Source: an uncultured Chthonomonadaceae bacterium (GTDB lineage: Bacteria; Armatimonadota; Chthonomonadetes; Chthonomonadales; Chthonomonadaceae). From it: a DNA stretch of 64,000 bases. The stretch covers positions 96,001 to 160,000 of the forward strand of contig CAWIEK010000016.1 in assembly GCA_963835065.1 (NCBI GenBank), given 5' to 3'. The notes beneath the pieces were generated by a model. The model made no database searches. It was not told where the DNA came from and saw only the letters and a list, made by a program, of their open reading frames with translations. Shown one piece after another: positions 38,814-50,849 of this stretch. A program made the translations under genes and the position numbers. Numbering within the stretch: the first letter of the stretch is position 1; each line of letters opens with the position of its first letter.

Positions 38814-41800
38814 TCAGCGCGCTTCTTCCTTTGTTTCCTCATCCCGGATACTGATGCGCTCCTCGTTGGACAGCGCGCGAACGTCCGGCGCGTACATGGC
38901 GTAGCTGTTGGCGGGCAGGGCATGGAACGCGCCCGGAGTTTCCGCCCGCAGCCGGTACGTCAGCACGCGCCTTCCCTGCGGCAGTTGCGAGATGAAAAAC
39001 GCCACTTTCTGATCCCGCAATTCCATATTCGCGTACAGCCCCTGCCCCGCGTGTTCCCCGCTGCGCACTTCTACGGGTTCGCATCCCGCCGGCTTGATGT
39101 CTTCCAGCAGCACGTAATCATAATCGTTCTTAGCCTCCAGCCCCAACTCCACTTCCAGCAGGTCGCCACTGTTCAGCAGTTCTCCCGGCGCAAGCGCAAC
39201 CCGCGTATACACCGGCCCCTGCTCCGTCCCTTCCTCCCGCACAACCACAATCCCCGCGTCCAGCAACGCATAATCTCCGGTGAGGAAAGCGTTAAGTGTT
39301 GAGCGTTGAGCGTTGAGGGAATTGCCGATTGCCGATTGGGGTTTTACTGTTCCCTGTTCCCTGTTCCCTGTTCCCTGTTCTGTCTCCTCTTCTCCTTTTC
39401 TTCTCTTCTTCTCTTCTTCCCCTCCCCCCGCCGTGCCCGCAATCAGGCGGAAGTAGCGGCGCGATACGGCGATTTCGTTGCCGGCTGCCGGAATGGGTTC
39501 TTCCTGTGAGAAGGTGCGCGTGGTCGCCGTGTAGTAACAGGTTCCGGCTCCCTGCCGCGTAATGGTCACGGTTTGGTCACCGGTTTGCAGCAGCGCGTCG
39601 GGTACAACGAAAGTATTGTCGAAGAACAGCGCGTTGGCATGGTTGACGCGGTACGTCCGCTTGATTTTGTCGCCCATGCTGACCGTCAGCGTGTAATCGG
39701 GAGCCAGTTCCTTTTTAACACGCATCCAATCGGCCAGCGCGTTCACGGCAAGGGCGGTATCCCGCGTGTCGCGCCAGATGCTCCCCTGCCGGTTGTTGAC
39801 CAGCCACTTGACCAGCATCGGCGGCAGTCGCGCCATTGGGCGCAATCGCCATGTACGCCTGCAAAATCGTCGCGTTGGTTTCGATCTTGTTGTTGTACCA
39901 GCGCCACCACTGCCCCTCGCTGTCGTCCCAATTGGCCGTGCCGTTCGCCGCGTCCGTATGCACGGTGTTTTCCAGATTGCGCAGCACGATCCGCGCCTGC
40001 TCGTCCTTGCCCGTGTCGTGCAGGGCAAGCGCTAGCAGCGCCTTGCCATACGCGCTGCAGTTTTTCGCGCTGCGGGAACAGTTTGCCTTGAACGCGGTTC
40101 TTCAACGCAGGCCGCATTTCAGGAATCAACGCAAGCACCCGCGCCTGATACGCCATCTGGTGCAGATCGGTTTCCTCCAAAAACCGCGCCTTCAAGTACG
40201 TTTCGCCACGTTCGAGTTCATTCCCCGGCGTCACATAGCCCGCCTTCTGCCCCATCAGCAGCCCGTACACGACATACGCGGTCATGTAGGCGTCACTGGT
40301 ATCGTCCTTCCACCAGCCCCAGCCGCCGTCCCGGTGCTGCATATCGCGCAGCCGCGCCAGCCCGTCCTTCACCATGCGGTTCAGTTCCGCGCCGTTGAAA
40401 ACCGGATTGTTCAGGCGGGGCGCGGCGTAGTACGCATACTGTGTCGTGTTCAGGTTCGGCTTGCCGGTCGGATTGGCTGTGGGATAGGTGTACGGGCTGT
40501 TTTCCGTTACCTGCTTCGGGCCGTTCGCCGCGTTTGCCAATGCCGCTTTCCGCCGCGCCGTCGCTCCCTTTTCCAGATCGCTCAGATTATAACCCGTGTC
40601 TTTCAGCGTTTGCGCCACGATCACCGATGGTATGAACCGCGACAGGGTTTGCTCCACGCAGCCATACGGATAATCCGCCAGATACGGCAGGGCGTCCAGC
40701 ATCACGCCCGCAAGCGAGGGATTGAGCGTCACGACAACCTGCGAACTGCCCGCCTTCCGCGCTTCCGGCAGGTTAATCGTCACCTGCGCGGGCAGCGTAT
40801 TCCCCGCTTTCATCACGCCGCTTTGCTGCGTCTGCCGCTCCACGCCATGCACAAGGACGGGTATAACCGTTTCCGTCGCATCCCCCTGCGTGGTAGACTG
40901 CGCCGTCATCTGCGCATGAATGACGCCCTCCATCTTGGGCCGAACCAGCCAATCCACGCGCTGCTGTCCGTTCTTCGGGATCGTCACCCAGGTCTCATTG
41001 GTACGCGGGTGTCGGGTGTTGGGTGTTGGGTGTTGGGTGTTAGGCAAATCCGCCAACGTTTGTGTCTGCTGCGAACCCGCCTGCTGAACGTCAGTCTTCC
41101 CCAACACCCCATCCCCAACACCCGACACCCCTTCCTTATCCTCCCCCACCACATCCGCGTTATCCAGATCGAGTTTCACGCGGATACGGGCGTCCTGCTC
41201 CGTGTCGTTGTGAACAACCGCGCTCAGGGTGGCGATGTCGCGCTCCACGAGGAAACGGGGCGCTTCCAACTGTACCAGCACGTCCTTCTTCGTCGTCACC
41301 CGCGTTTCGCCCGTGCCAACCTGCGCGGCCTGCGTACTGCCGATTGCCACCGCCCGCCACTGCGTCAGGTTGTCCGGCCATTTTACGCTCACAGTTGCCT
41401 GTCCCTGCGCATCCGTCACCACCGCCGGCGTCCAAAACGCCGTATCCCGGAAGTTGGAGCGCATCGTCGCCTGAGCCAGTTCCCCACTCGCCAGCCGTAT
41501 TGGTTGAACGCTGTCAAACACATGGGGATCTGGAACCTTCCTCCAAGTTACTTTGGATGGATCGAGCGCGCGTTTGCCCGTAGCCGTGACCATCCCTGCC
41601 GCATCCACATACATCGCGCCTTTTTCATCGACCGCCCCGTTATGGGAAATGTTAATGTTGCCGTTCACGAACATGCGCCCTCCCGAACCCGGCATACCGG
41701 ACGGCGCGGAGAAAGCAGGCGTTAAGCGACTTTCATACACGCCTGCGGACATGCCGCCGGCGTCCACTTCATAATACAGGTTGTTGCCACCGAGTCCGCC

Positions 41801-44800
41801 CTTACCTCCGCCTCCCACACTTCTTCTTGCGAGGAACCGTTCATGTCCGTGATGTACCCCGTAGCCGAACAGTCCGTACATCGCTTCGGGTGAAACCGGG
41901 ATTTGCCCCATGTCTTGTGGGAGCGGGAGCGGATGACGCGCATATTCCTTGAACGGCTGCGCCCATCCCTCAATGGTTTCAAAGCCATTGTCAAACGAGC
42001 CGTTCATCTGGATGCTGTTGCTGCGCTGGCTGCCGTAGAACGTTGTCCGTATGTCGGGCGCGTAATCTTTCTGGATGTAGCTCAAGGCGGCGTCGGCAAT
42101 GGCAAGGCTGAATTGCGCGCGCAGAGGTTTGCCCCGGTAGTCCAGCGCCTGCACGTTCAGTTTGGCTGTTTCGCCGGGCTGATAACGCGCCTTGTCCGCC
42201 GTCACCTTGACCAGCGCCGTCTGCTGCACGGGCGGCACGAACAACTCCTGCGACGCCTGAAACATCGCTCCATCCCGCACCATCACGGCGGACACGAACA
42301 CATTGGGCGCGTCCCGGCGCGTCAGGGGAATGGGCAGTTCCAGACTGCGACCCGCCACCCGGACAACGCGCTTGTCGAGTATCTGCCCTTCCACTTCCCG
42401 CGTCAGCAGCACGGCGCAATTGGGCTGCGGGCGTGACCAGCAGGACGCGGGCGGTTTGCCCTGCCGCATAGTACGGATTCTTTATCGCCAGAAACACGCC
42501 CTGAAACAAAAACCGCTTTTCGCGCAGTTCCGGCCCGTCCACCCACACATCTTCGCCCTTCGACACCAATTTGCCATCCCCATCCGTCGTTTCATACGCG
42601 ATGCGGAAAAACCCGGACGTGTTCGCCTTCCATTCGATCATCGCCCGTCCCTGCGCGTCCGTGTTCAGGGGAAAGGACGTGACGAGTGTTTCCTTGCCGT
42701 TCGGATCGTTGGGCTTGCGGAAGACCCGCGCCGTGCCATGCGCGGCAACCGGCTGATCGGACGGGTTGAGCGTTTTCACTTCCACGTCTACCCGGTCGCC
42801 CTGCGTGGCATAGCCATGCGCGAAGTTGAGGAACACGGCCACGTCATGCTCGGTTGCTTTCAGCGCCCCCGATCCCGAAATAGTCCGGCGGCTCTGATCC
42901 TGCACATCCGCTTCCACCGTAAAACTCAGGTCGCTGCTTCCCCCGTTCGCCGCGTTCGTTTTCGTCTCAAACGTGACCGTCGCATCCCCCTTTGCGTCCA
43001 AAACAGCCTTGCCCTGCGTAATCACCTCGCCATTGCGGTAGTTCGTGTCATAACTGCCCGCATTATCCCCCGCATGGTACAGGTAATCGTAAGGCTCCGG
43101 GAACCGATAGGAGGGGCTGTACGCCGTCCGATACACCCGGTACGTCACCTTCGCGCCCGGAACCGGCCCGCCGAAGTAGTACGCCGCATGGATTTTCGCG
43201 CTCGTCGGCTGCCCCAACTTCACCCGCTCCGCAGACGGCGTGACCGTCACCTCGAACTCCGGCTTCTTATACTCCTCCACCCGAAACCAACTCCCCGCCG
43301 TCTCAACCCCAACCTCTTCTCTCTTCCTGTTCCCTGTCCCCTGTCCCCTGTCCCCTGTCCCCTGTCCCCTGTTCCCTGTCCCCTGTTCCCTGTCCCCTGT
43401 TCCCTCCCCTGATGAGCGTTACCGCCATCGAATACTCGCCCAAAGCCGCATGAACGGGCAGAATGAACGAGCCGGACACGCTGCCAAATTCCGAGCAGGG
43501 CGTCCGCTGCTTGTAAATCAGATTGCCCTGCGGGTCCGTCACCACAACGCGGGCAATGGCATCCGTGACGGGTTTCAAGTCGCCGATGTTGCCCTTAGCG
43601 GCGTTTTCGCGCCGCATCAGCAATTGCCGGAAATGCACGGCCTGCGCCGGTCGGTAAACCGTTCTGTCCGTGACTCCATACCCCTGATAGCCCGCCTGCC
43701 CGAAGTAGCCGCTTGCATTGGTATAGGTGAGCGGCGTCACGGCGTACTGATTGCCCCGGCTGCCGAGCGCGGCGATTTGAACCTGCCCTTCATTGGGCGC
43801 GCGATGCAGGGGAATGGAAACCACGCCGTTCGCGTCGGTCACGCCCCTTACCAGCGCGGAGAACTCTTTCTCGCCCTCCGACCACCATTGCTTTGTCAGC
43901 ACCCCGATGCCCGCAAGCGGCTTGCCCGAAATGGCATCGGCGGCGTAATACAGTGTGCGGCCCCGATCCATCTTCTGCACCAGCGCGAGATCGGAAACCG
44001 TGACCACCGCGCCCGTCGTCATTCCCGGCACAGACGCCACTACGACATACGCGCCCGCGTCATGCAGGGGCGTGACGATGTTTTGGGCATGGCCGCGCAG
44101 GGGCGTCACATCTTTGGGCGTAGTCGTCCATGCCGCAACGCGAACCGCGCCAAGTGCCCTTAGCGCCTGCTGTTGCGTTTTGGTGTTTTGAAGCAGCGAG
44201 GAAACCCGCAGCCATTGGCTGTTATCGGCGTTGCTGACCGGTTTTCCTGCCGGGGCGTCGCTGCGCCATATTGCAGCAGATCAAAGCGGTATGCCTCGAA
44301 CCGAATTTTCGTCACGTTGCCGTAATTAACCGCCAGCTTGAGGGCATTGCCCGGACGCGGCGTTCCCACAGCCGACAGCGACACGGACGGACGGCGCAGA
44401 TCGGCAAGCTGCCCCCGCGCATCCGAAACCCACTTGCTGTGCGGGCGAGCCGCAATCAACTGCTGTAATGCCGCGATCCCCTGTTCTAATTTGCCTTCCT
44501 GCATCAGCCAGGTCGCGCGTAAATACTGCGCTTCATCGCGCAGGCTGTCGTTGGGATAGGCGCGAACCAGCGCGTCCAGCATACTCCCCGGTTTCAATTC
44601 CTGATACGGAAACGGGATACGAACGGGCTTGTCATGCTCGAACTTCACGGCAATGTTCGTCATTTGGGCCTGATACTGCCGCAGCCACAGCGCCTGCGCA
44701 AACAGCGCGACGGCATGAGGATGCGCCGATTGCGCGGCCAGTTTCCCGATATGCGCGTAAAGATACAGCGTCTTTTTCGGCCCCGCCCACTGCAAATCGT

Positions 44801-45515
44801 AAGGCTGCGCGGCGTCAATGCGCCAACTTGCATCCCCCGGCGGCAGCCAATTCTTATTCGCCATCCACGCCGCGTTACGCGGGTTTTGCTGAAGCAGATG
44901 AATCAGGTCGAAATCCAGTTGGATGCGCTCATTGGCGGTCAGGCGATTGGCGTTTTGCGGGTCGGCTTCCGCGTACCGGACATGCGCGGCTTCCAGAGCA
45001 TCCAGCGCGTTACGCGAATCCGCCGCCTGTAATTGCACGGCAACGGGCTTGTCGTTGCCCGTCGTGGCGGGAACATCACTGCCGCGATGAATGGTTGTGC
45101 CGACGCGGTAGCCGGAATGGGGCGCGTTCAGGTACATGCGGCCCAGCCAGTACAGCCCCCGCGCTTCCCAAACCGTATGCTGCCGCGTTTTCACAAAATC
45201 CAGCCCACCCGCGAACATCTTATCCCACTGCTCGGTTTTGCCAAGCGAAACCACCACGCGGTACGCGATCTCATCCCGGCGCTCCGGCGGTATCTGCCCC
45301 GCGTTTTGCAGAACCGTGTAGGCTTGCAGCGCCCGCTTGTAACTCTTCTGCGCGTACTGCTTATCCGCGTTCCGCAGCGCAACGGAACCGGCCTGCGTAC
45401 CGGCATCCATCTGCCACGCCCACGCCGATCTGCCGCAAGCCAGCATCAGCGCCGCTCCAAAAACCATTCGCCGCGCCGCTCTGCCGACTGAATTCTCTCT
45501 GTTCCCCGTTGCCAT
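38814..45515 (-). CDS. Bacterial alpha-2-macroglobulin, read across about five frameshifts, with three repeat-derived segments
   Basis: TDRTVYRP, FRVEEYKKPEF, MRSNFRDTAFW, WPDNLTQW, thioester YPYGCVEQT, QHRDGGWGWW, LEDIKPAGCE, MYAPD. Confidence 0.92.
39289..39429 (-). repeat. Intragenic composite cassette (GAAGAGAA)n-(GGGAACA)n-(CAATCGG)n-(CTCAACG)n
   Basis: In-frame GGGEEEKKRRKGEEETEQGTGNREQGTVKPQSAIGNSLNAQRSTLNA. Confidence 0.92.
41007..41147. repeat. Intragenic heptamer inverted arrays (GGGTGTT)n/(CCCAACA)n
   Basis: 41007-41023 pairs perfectly with 41114-41130; in-frame. Confidence 0.9.
43328..43404 (-). repeat. Intragenic tandem array (GGGRACA)x11 at a frame break
   Basis: Counted 11 heptamers. 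Confidence 0.92.
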
Positions 45516-45783
45516 GTCGTCTCCTGAAGGTTTTGCATGCTTCCGTATGTCACTTTGAAAGTTGGACGTGTTTTCCTGCCGCCTCGTTACTTTTACGCTA
45601 TTGCAATGTTGGTTCCAAAAGCCGCGCAAAAGGTTCAGAGCTAATGATAAAAATCCAACAAGCAGTAACACAAATAGCCCCTCCCCTGGCGAAGGAAGCG
45701 CGTTTACTGCGCTTACAACGCGCTCATTTGAAAGCGCGGCCAGGAGAGGGGTATGTCCACAGTTGGACGCCCGTGAGGTAACT

Positions 45784-46309
45784 CTACTTCGAGAGATGGC
45801 GCGATTTAGGCTTTGAATGCATGGGAACGGCGGGCGCAGGCTTCTTGCCCGCCGGATACCAGAACACATTCTTTGCGTCTTCGGGCGTCAGCAGTTTGGC
45901 GTGGCCGTCCGTAAAAGTTACCGCCGCGCGTCCGCTATGCCTGAAAGCGAACTGCATGTTTTTGCCCTCATAAAAGAGGACGGTTTGCGCGGGGAACTTC
46001 AAGGCCGCGAGCGTCGCCCCCTGCATATTGGGATTCATCACGTAGCTGATGGTTCCCTTCGCGTCCAGCGGGCATTGAAATACCGCGTTGTTCTTGACAT
46101 AGGGAAAAATCACTCTGTTGTACGGCGCTTTCTTGCGCGGAAACACCTCATCGTAATCCTGCACGTACATCAGGACGCCGAGCGCAAGTTGCTTTTCATT
46201 TGATAAGGCAGGCAGCGTCGGACGGCGTGAGTTGCGGAGTCTGGTGTCGGAAGCCGAACCAGCTTACACTGGCGCACAGAAGCGCGAACAGCGGTAGTAA
46301 TTTTTTCAT
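45784..46309 (-). CDS. Short secreted H-X9-DG domain protein; frameshift ~46203
   Basis: Signal MKKLLPLFALL; CL(S)NEKQLALG.LMYVQDYDE; RHSGRAAVTFTDGH. Confidence 0.8.
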
Positions 46310-46429
46310 CGGTAAACTCCTATGCGAACCAGAAGAGAAGGGATCAGGAACCTTCACGGAAATACGAATTGCTTTCGCAGATCGATTTACTGTCAGTCGG
46401 ACAGACGGATCGTTCACGACACGGCGCTC

Positions 46430-47435
46430 TCATCGCGACGGTTTGCGCTTGCCGGCAGCGTTCGGTTTCGTCTGCGGATGCGCCGGTTTGGGCGGCGGCG
46501 GATTTTTGCCGGACGGATACCAGAACACGTTCTTCGCTTCTTCGGGCGTCAGCAGCTTGGCGTGGCCGTCCGCAAACGCCACTGCGGTACGTCCGTCGTG
46601 CTTGAAATCAAACTGCATGTTCTTGCCTTCATACAGCAGGACCGTTTGCGCGGGCGCTTCCATAGCCGCGAGCGCTCGCCCCCTGCATGTTGGGATTCAT
46701 CGTATAGCTGATGGTTCCTTTGGCGTCGGAAGGACAGGTAAAAATCGCGTCGTTCTTAACGTAAGGGAAAATCAACTCTTTGTACGCCGCCTTTTTGCGT
46801 GGAAACTGCTCATCATAATCCTGCACGTACATCAACATGCCCAGCGCAAGCTGCTTTTCATTCGAAAGGCACGACACCGATTTCGCCTTTTCCCGCGCCG
46901 CGTTGATGTTCCGAATAGCGACGGCGGGACTTGCCACCAAAGCGGCCATGCTCGCCATCGGGCGCAGGTCGTAGCGAACCGTAAACTGCGTGAGATCAGC
47001 CAACTGCTTCATCAAAACTTCGTCCGGCACGATTACCCACCGGTCATTCTGCCGCCGTACCTGAAACAGTTCCACCAGCGATAGCGTGACTTTGGGGGCA
47101 TCCCGATCCTGTGACGAAGGCGCTTGCAGCGTAACCTCCACCGCTACTTTGGCCTGATCTCCGGTGGCCTCGGCAATAATGTCTTTCACTTCAATGCCGT
47201 TCACTTGCGCCGTCAATCCCGTATCATTGCGCAACAGGTCTTTGACTTGGTCGCTCGCCGTCGCGCCCTGTACACAGGCGGCCAGCGCATCGGTATCCTT
47301 GGCAATCAGCGCGGCCACAAACGCCCGCACCGTAGATTTGGGCGTACTCAAATCCGGCGGAGCCGCATGTCGCCGAAACCCAAACCAGCCCACACTCGCG
47401 CACAGCAGCGCGAGCAAAGGAAGCAATTTCTTCAT
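46430..47435 (-). CDS. Secreted protein with an extra (NTF2-like?) domain plus H-X9-DG domain; frameshift ~46675
   Basis: STPKSTVRAFVAAL...WVIV; SCLSNEKQLALGMLMYVQDYDE; KHDGRTAVAFADGH. Confidence 0.82.
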
Positions 47436-47456
47436 GGTGTTCTCCTGTGAGGGGGA

Positions 47457-47564
47457 GGCATTAGGCATTAGGCATTAGTAAGAAAATTAATTGCGCAAGC
47501 TGTTCCACATCAGAGTAGGGTTTTGTCTTCTTCCCTAATGCCTAATGCCTAATGCCTAATGCCT
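47457..47564. repeat. Heptamer hairpin (GGCATTA)n/(TAATGCC)n overlapping the rhamnosidase stop codon
   Basis: The gene ends ...AGIRH* inside the array. Confidence 0.92.
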
Positions 47565-50008
47565 GCCTCCACTTCCTGCCTGCCGGAACGCAACGGTATC
47601 AGCGTTCCCGCGCAGGCGAATGAGCCTTTCAAGCCTTGTGGCAGCGTGATAATGCCGCGCAGTTTGTCGTTTTCTTGATGCAGTTCTACTTCGATGTCGC
47701 CGAGGGGATGGGCGAGACTGCCGCTTGCCCATTCCAACGCGCCGAGATCGGGCGAGATGCGAACGGTTCGGAAACCCCAACTTGCGGGGCGTATGCCTAA
47801 AATGCTCGTAAAATAGTGGTACAGCGGGTGCGCGCCCCACGCATGGCAGTCGGAACGGGTCGGTTCGGGCATTTCGACGGTTGTTTTCAAGCCCCGCGCC
47901 TTCAAGTCGAACCACAAATCCATGCGCTCCAGCATCTTATCGGTACGTTTCAAAATATGAAGCGTTTCAAATAAATAATGCGAAAAGTAGATGGTGGCGC
48001 GGGCCAGGTCCGGGGCGTTCAGCAATCCGGCTGCCATGCGCTCTTTGTGCTGTGGGTCGAGCAGCCCGCCTAAGAGCGCGAGACATTGCGAATGTTCGGA
48101 AAAGTGTTGGTGTTCCCGGTCATCCGCGAACAGGCCGCGCTCCTCGTCCCAAAAGTCCTCGGCTGCCCGCGCGGCCAGCAGTCCCGCCGCGCGCTGCATC
48201 CTTGCCGACATTTCCCGCTCCCCTGCCCACGTTTCCAGTTCGCCCATCAGCCGCAGAACATAAATCATTGTCCACGTCAGCGGCCCGGACACGCCCGCGT
48301 GACCGTCCGGCGGCGTACCGTCCTTCCAACTTGGAACCCAATCGAAGCAGTTCCAGCCGTCCGCCGCCCATAGCCTGCCGTCGCTATCCACGCGCCCCAA
48401 AAAGTGTTCCACAACGCCCCGCGCCCCCGGTAATAAACTCCGAACAAACGCGGCATCATCCCGCCAGCGCGCGAAATCGTGCAGCATCGCCACCCACCAC
48501 AGCGAAAACGGCGGTATGGATTGGAACACCCGCGTCGGATACCGCGACTGCGTCAGGCCGTTCAATTGCCGCGAAATGTCGAACATGCGCAGCGCTTTGC
48601 GCGGCAGGCGCGTGTCCCGCGTGAGCGTGTATGTCGTCAGAACTTCCAATCGCGTGTCGCCAACATACATCAATTGCTCATAATAAGGGCAGTCCATATA
48701 CGTCTCATGCGAACACATCTGCAAACCGCGCAGCATCAGCCCGGACACGTCCGTAAGCCGCGCATCGCTGCTATTGAAAACACTCTCCATTTCAAGCGGA
48801 TAGCGGGTTTCGCGCAGCGTAAAGGAATGAATAGTAAGCGGTTCCTCCCACGTTTGCGCCACGATTTCCACGTACCGCCCGCACTGCCACCACAGGGTTT
48901 CAAAACGCCGATTTGTGCCGCCATCCGGCAAAAACGCATCGCCGATACCGTCCGTCCTGTGCCAGATAGTGACAAAGTATTTGCCCTCGATTGCGTTGCG
49001 ATTGCCTTTGTTCTTGGTTTCGGGTTCTTCAAACAGCGCTTCCTGCCAGTGTACCCGAACCACGCCCCCCATGCCCCCGCTCGTCACCAGTTCCGGGTAC
49101 GCGCAGACATAATCGTCCAGATCAATCAGGACGCGGCGGCACGTATGCGGCGGCAGGGTTACGCTGCCTTCCCCGCGCCATAACTGCGTCCACTGCGCGG
49201 CTTCGGCGGGCAGATTGTCCGCGTCTCGTATCGGCAGGCCACACGTAAACCGCTTTTCCTTGCCGTCCAGACTGACAATTTCATTAATGGGCGCAGTCGG
49301 CAATTCGCCCACATACCGAACGGTTCCCTTGTTCCAGACTTCCTCTCGCATGGCGGGAAGCGTGGCCGGTTCCAGAACATGCGTCACCGGGCGGTCATTG
49401 CGGCGAAACGTGGAACCTTCTCCCAGCGCGACAACCGGCTGCCAATCCTCCCCTGCCCCATTTTCAAAATCCCACGCAAAATCGCAGCCATCCACAATCA
49501 CATTCGCGCCCGTGCCCCACGCCGCGCTCGGACGAATAAACCGATACCCCCACAACCGCATCGCTTCCCACGCCGCAACCCCGGTTCCCAATTGCGCAAT
49601 ATCCGCTTCCTCCTGCGGCGACAGGAGAAAGCCGGGATGCACGGTCATTTGCGCGAACGGAGCCATGTCGCCAAGCGACCACACCCGCGCCACAAGGGTA
49701 TGCGCCCCCGCCGTCAATTCCAGATCGTAGGTCTCGAAAAACCAGTGGTTTCCATCCCCGCGCTCACTGCCCCTGCCGATCCGCGCCCCATCCAAAAACA
49801 ACTCATACCGCTCATCCGCGGTGACATGAACCCGAACCGTTCCGGCCTGTTCCCGGTCAAAGCGCAGCCGGTACGCGGCCACAAACGGCGCTTCCCCCAC
49901 CCCTGCCCCCTCGCAGCCCACCCACCGGCACGGCCAAATCCCCTGCTTGTTCCAAGCCGCGCCCGCATCCCGTTGCCGATAGGGGTCTTCAGTAATCAAC
50001 GTTCGCAT
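47549..50008 (-). CDS. Alpha-L-rhamnosidase (GH78-like)
   Basis: TADERYEL, ETYMDCPYYEQLMYVGD, RSDCHAWGAHP. Confidence 0.92.
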   Translation of the reverse strand: MRTLITEDPYRQRDAGAAWNKQGIWPCRWVGCEGAGVGEAPFVAAYRLRFDREQAGTVRVHVTADERYELFLDGARIGRGSERGDGNHWFFETYDLELTAGAHTLVARVWSLGDMAPFAQMTVHPGFLLSPQEEADIAQLGTGVAAWEAMRLWGYRFIRPSAAWGTGANVIVDGCDFAWDFENGAGEDWQPVVALGEGSTFRRNDRPVTHVLEPATLPAMREEVWNKGTVRYVGELPTAPINEIVSLDGKEKRFTCGLPIRDADNLPAEAAQWTQLWRGEGSVTLPPHTCRRVLIDLDDYVCAYPELVTSGGMGGVVRVHWQEALFEEPETKNKGNRNAIEGKYFVTIWHRTDGIGDAFLPDGGTNRRFETLWWQCGRYVEIVAQTWEEPLTIHSFTLRETRYPLEMESVFNSSDARLTDVSGLMLRGLQMCSHETYMDCPYYEQLMYVGDTRLEVLTTYTLTRDTRLPRKALRMFDISRQLNGLTQSRYPTRVFQSIPPFSLWWVAMLHDFARWRDDAAFVRSLLPGARGVVEHFLGRVDSDGRLWAADGWNCFDWVPSWKDGTPPDGHAGVSGPLTWTMIYVLRLMGELETWAGEREMSARMQRAAGLLAARAAEDFWDEERGLFADDREHQHFSEHSQCLALLGGLLDPQHKERMAAGLLNAPDLARATIYFSHYLFETLHILKRTDKMLERMDLWFDLKARGLKTTVEMPEPTRSDCHAWGAHPLYHYFTSILGIRPASWGFRTVRISPDLGALEWASGSLAHPLGDIEVELHQENDKLRGIITLPQGLKGSFACAGTLIPLRSGRQEVEAGIRH

Positions 50009-50288
50009 ACGAAAATATCCTCACCCTCAAATCTGCGGACTAACGCTGTCCGCAGCAGAACCAACCAGAATGTCCTTCGTACTATATTCCCATTTGTCTG
50101 CTGTTTTAGCCGGAACACTGATACTTTCATGCAGTCTCTCCTTTTGTTTCCGTCCTTTGATGAGTCAAACCTAAAATTGTGTTTTTTTCTACTCCTGCCG
50201 GGAACGTCGCGCTTTCATGGAATGGTGTGCCTCCTGCCGGAGTGTATCCGGCTTCGTACCGGTTTGCCCCGTTTGCCGCAAGCCTTCG

Positions 50289-50481
50289 ACCCTCATCCGG
50301 CCTTCGGCCACCTTCTCCCTGCAAGGGAGAAGGCCAATGTGTTCAATGGGCAAGTTGAACAAGAGATAAGGGAGCCGATAAACAAGCGCTACGCATAAAA
50401 CAAACCCTTAACAAACGCACCCGATGAACAGTTTAGCCTTCTCCCTTGCAGGGAGAAGGTGGCCGAAGGCCGGATGAGGGT
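50289..50481. mobile_element. MITE/RIME-like element with 46 bp perfect inverted repeats
   Basis: 50289-50334 is the reverse complement of 50436-50481. Confidence 0.8.
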
Positions 50482-50849
50482 AGAACCTTCCGTTTCCCCC
50501 GCAGCAACCCCACCTTCAAGTACAATGCCAGAACTCCCACCACAAACTTTTTGTCGCGGCAACCTGCTTCATCGCTTCCCACTCTTGGCGTTTTTGCGTT
50601 CTCCTCGCTTTTCGTTCCGCTATGAGCCTCGTCTTGCCGCTTATGCCTATTGCTCTTCCCTATCCGAGTTTCCGGCGCTCAGGGCAATCCCCTCCTCATG
50701 TTCGCCATTCCTGACCGTCACTCCTGCCAACACCGCGCGAGGCATTTTAAATTCAAGGCAGTTATGCGATTGAGTGCCGCCAAAAATTGAAAATCCCCAT
50801 TTGAACATAACAAGCGTCCTCCAAACGCGCTATTCTAATCAAAATTTTC

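Noticed and set aside
39836..41725. Long antisense ORFs (e.g. 39836..41725 +, 972..2117 +, 57765..59057 +, 30416..31411 -)
   Set aside because: Shadow frames of well-supported genes in GC-rich DNA, with no motifs.
770..46680. Many frameshifts (~787, 5405, 6165, 6970, 12100, 14035, 29880, 35790, 39838, 40060, 42423, 44190, 46203, 46675) as programmed frameshifting or mass pseudogenisation
   Set aside because: They are single-base indels, often in short homopolymers or near CCGG, and hit even lysC, with no accumulation of nonsense codons. Long-read consensus error explains them best.
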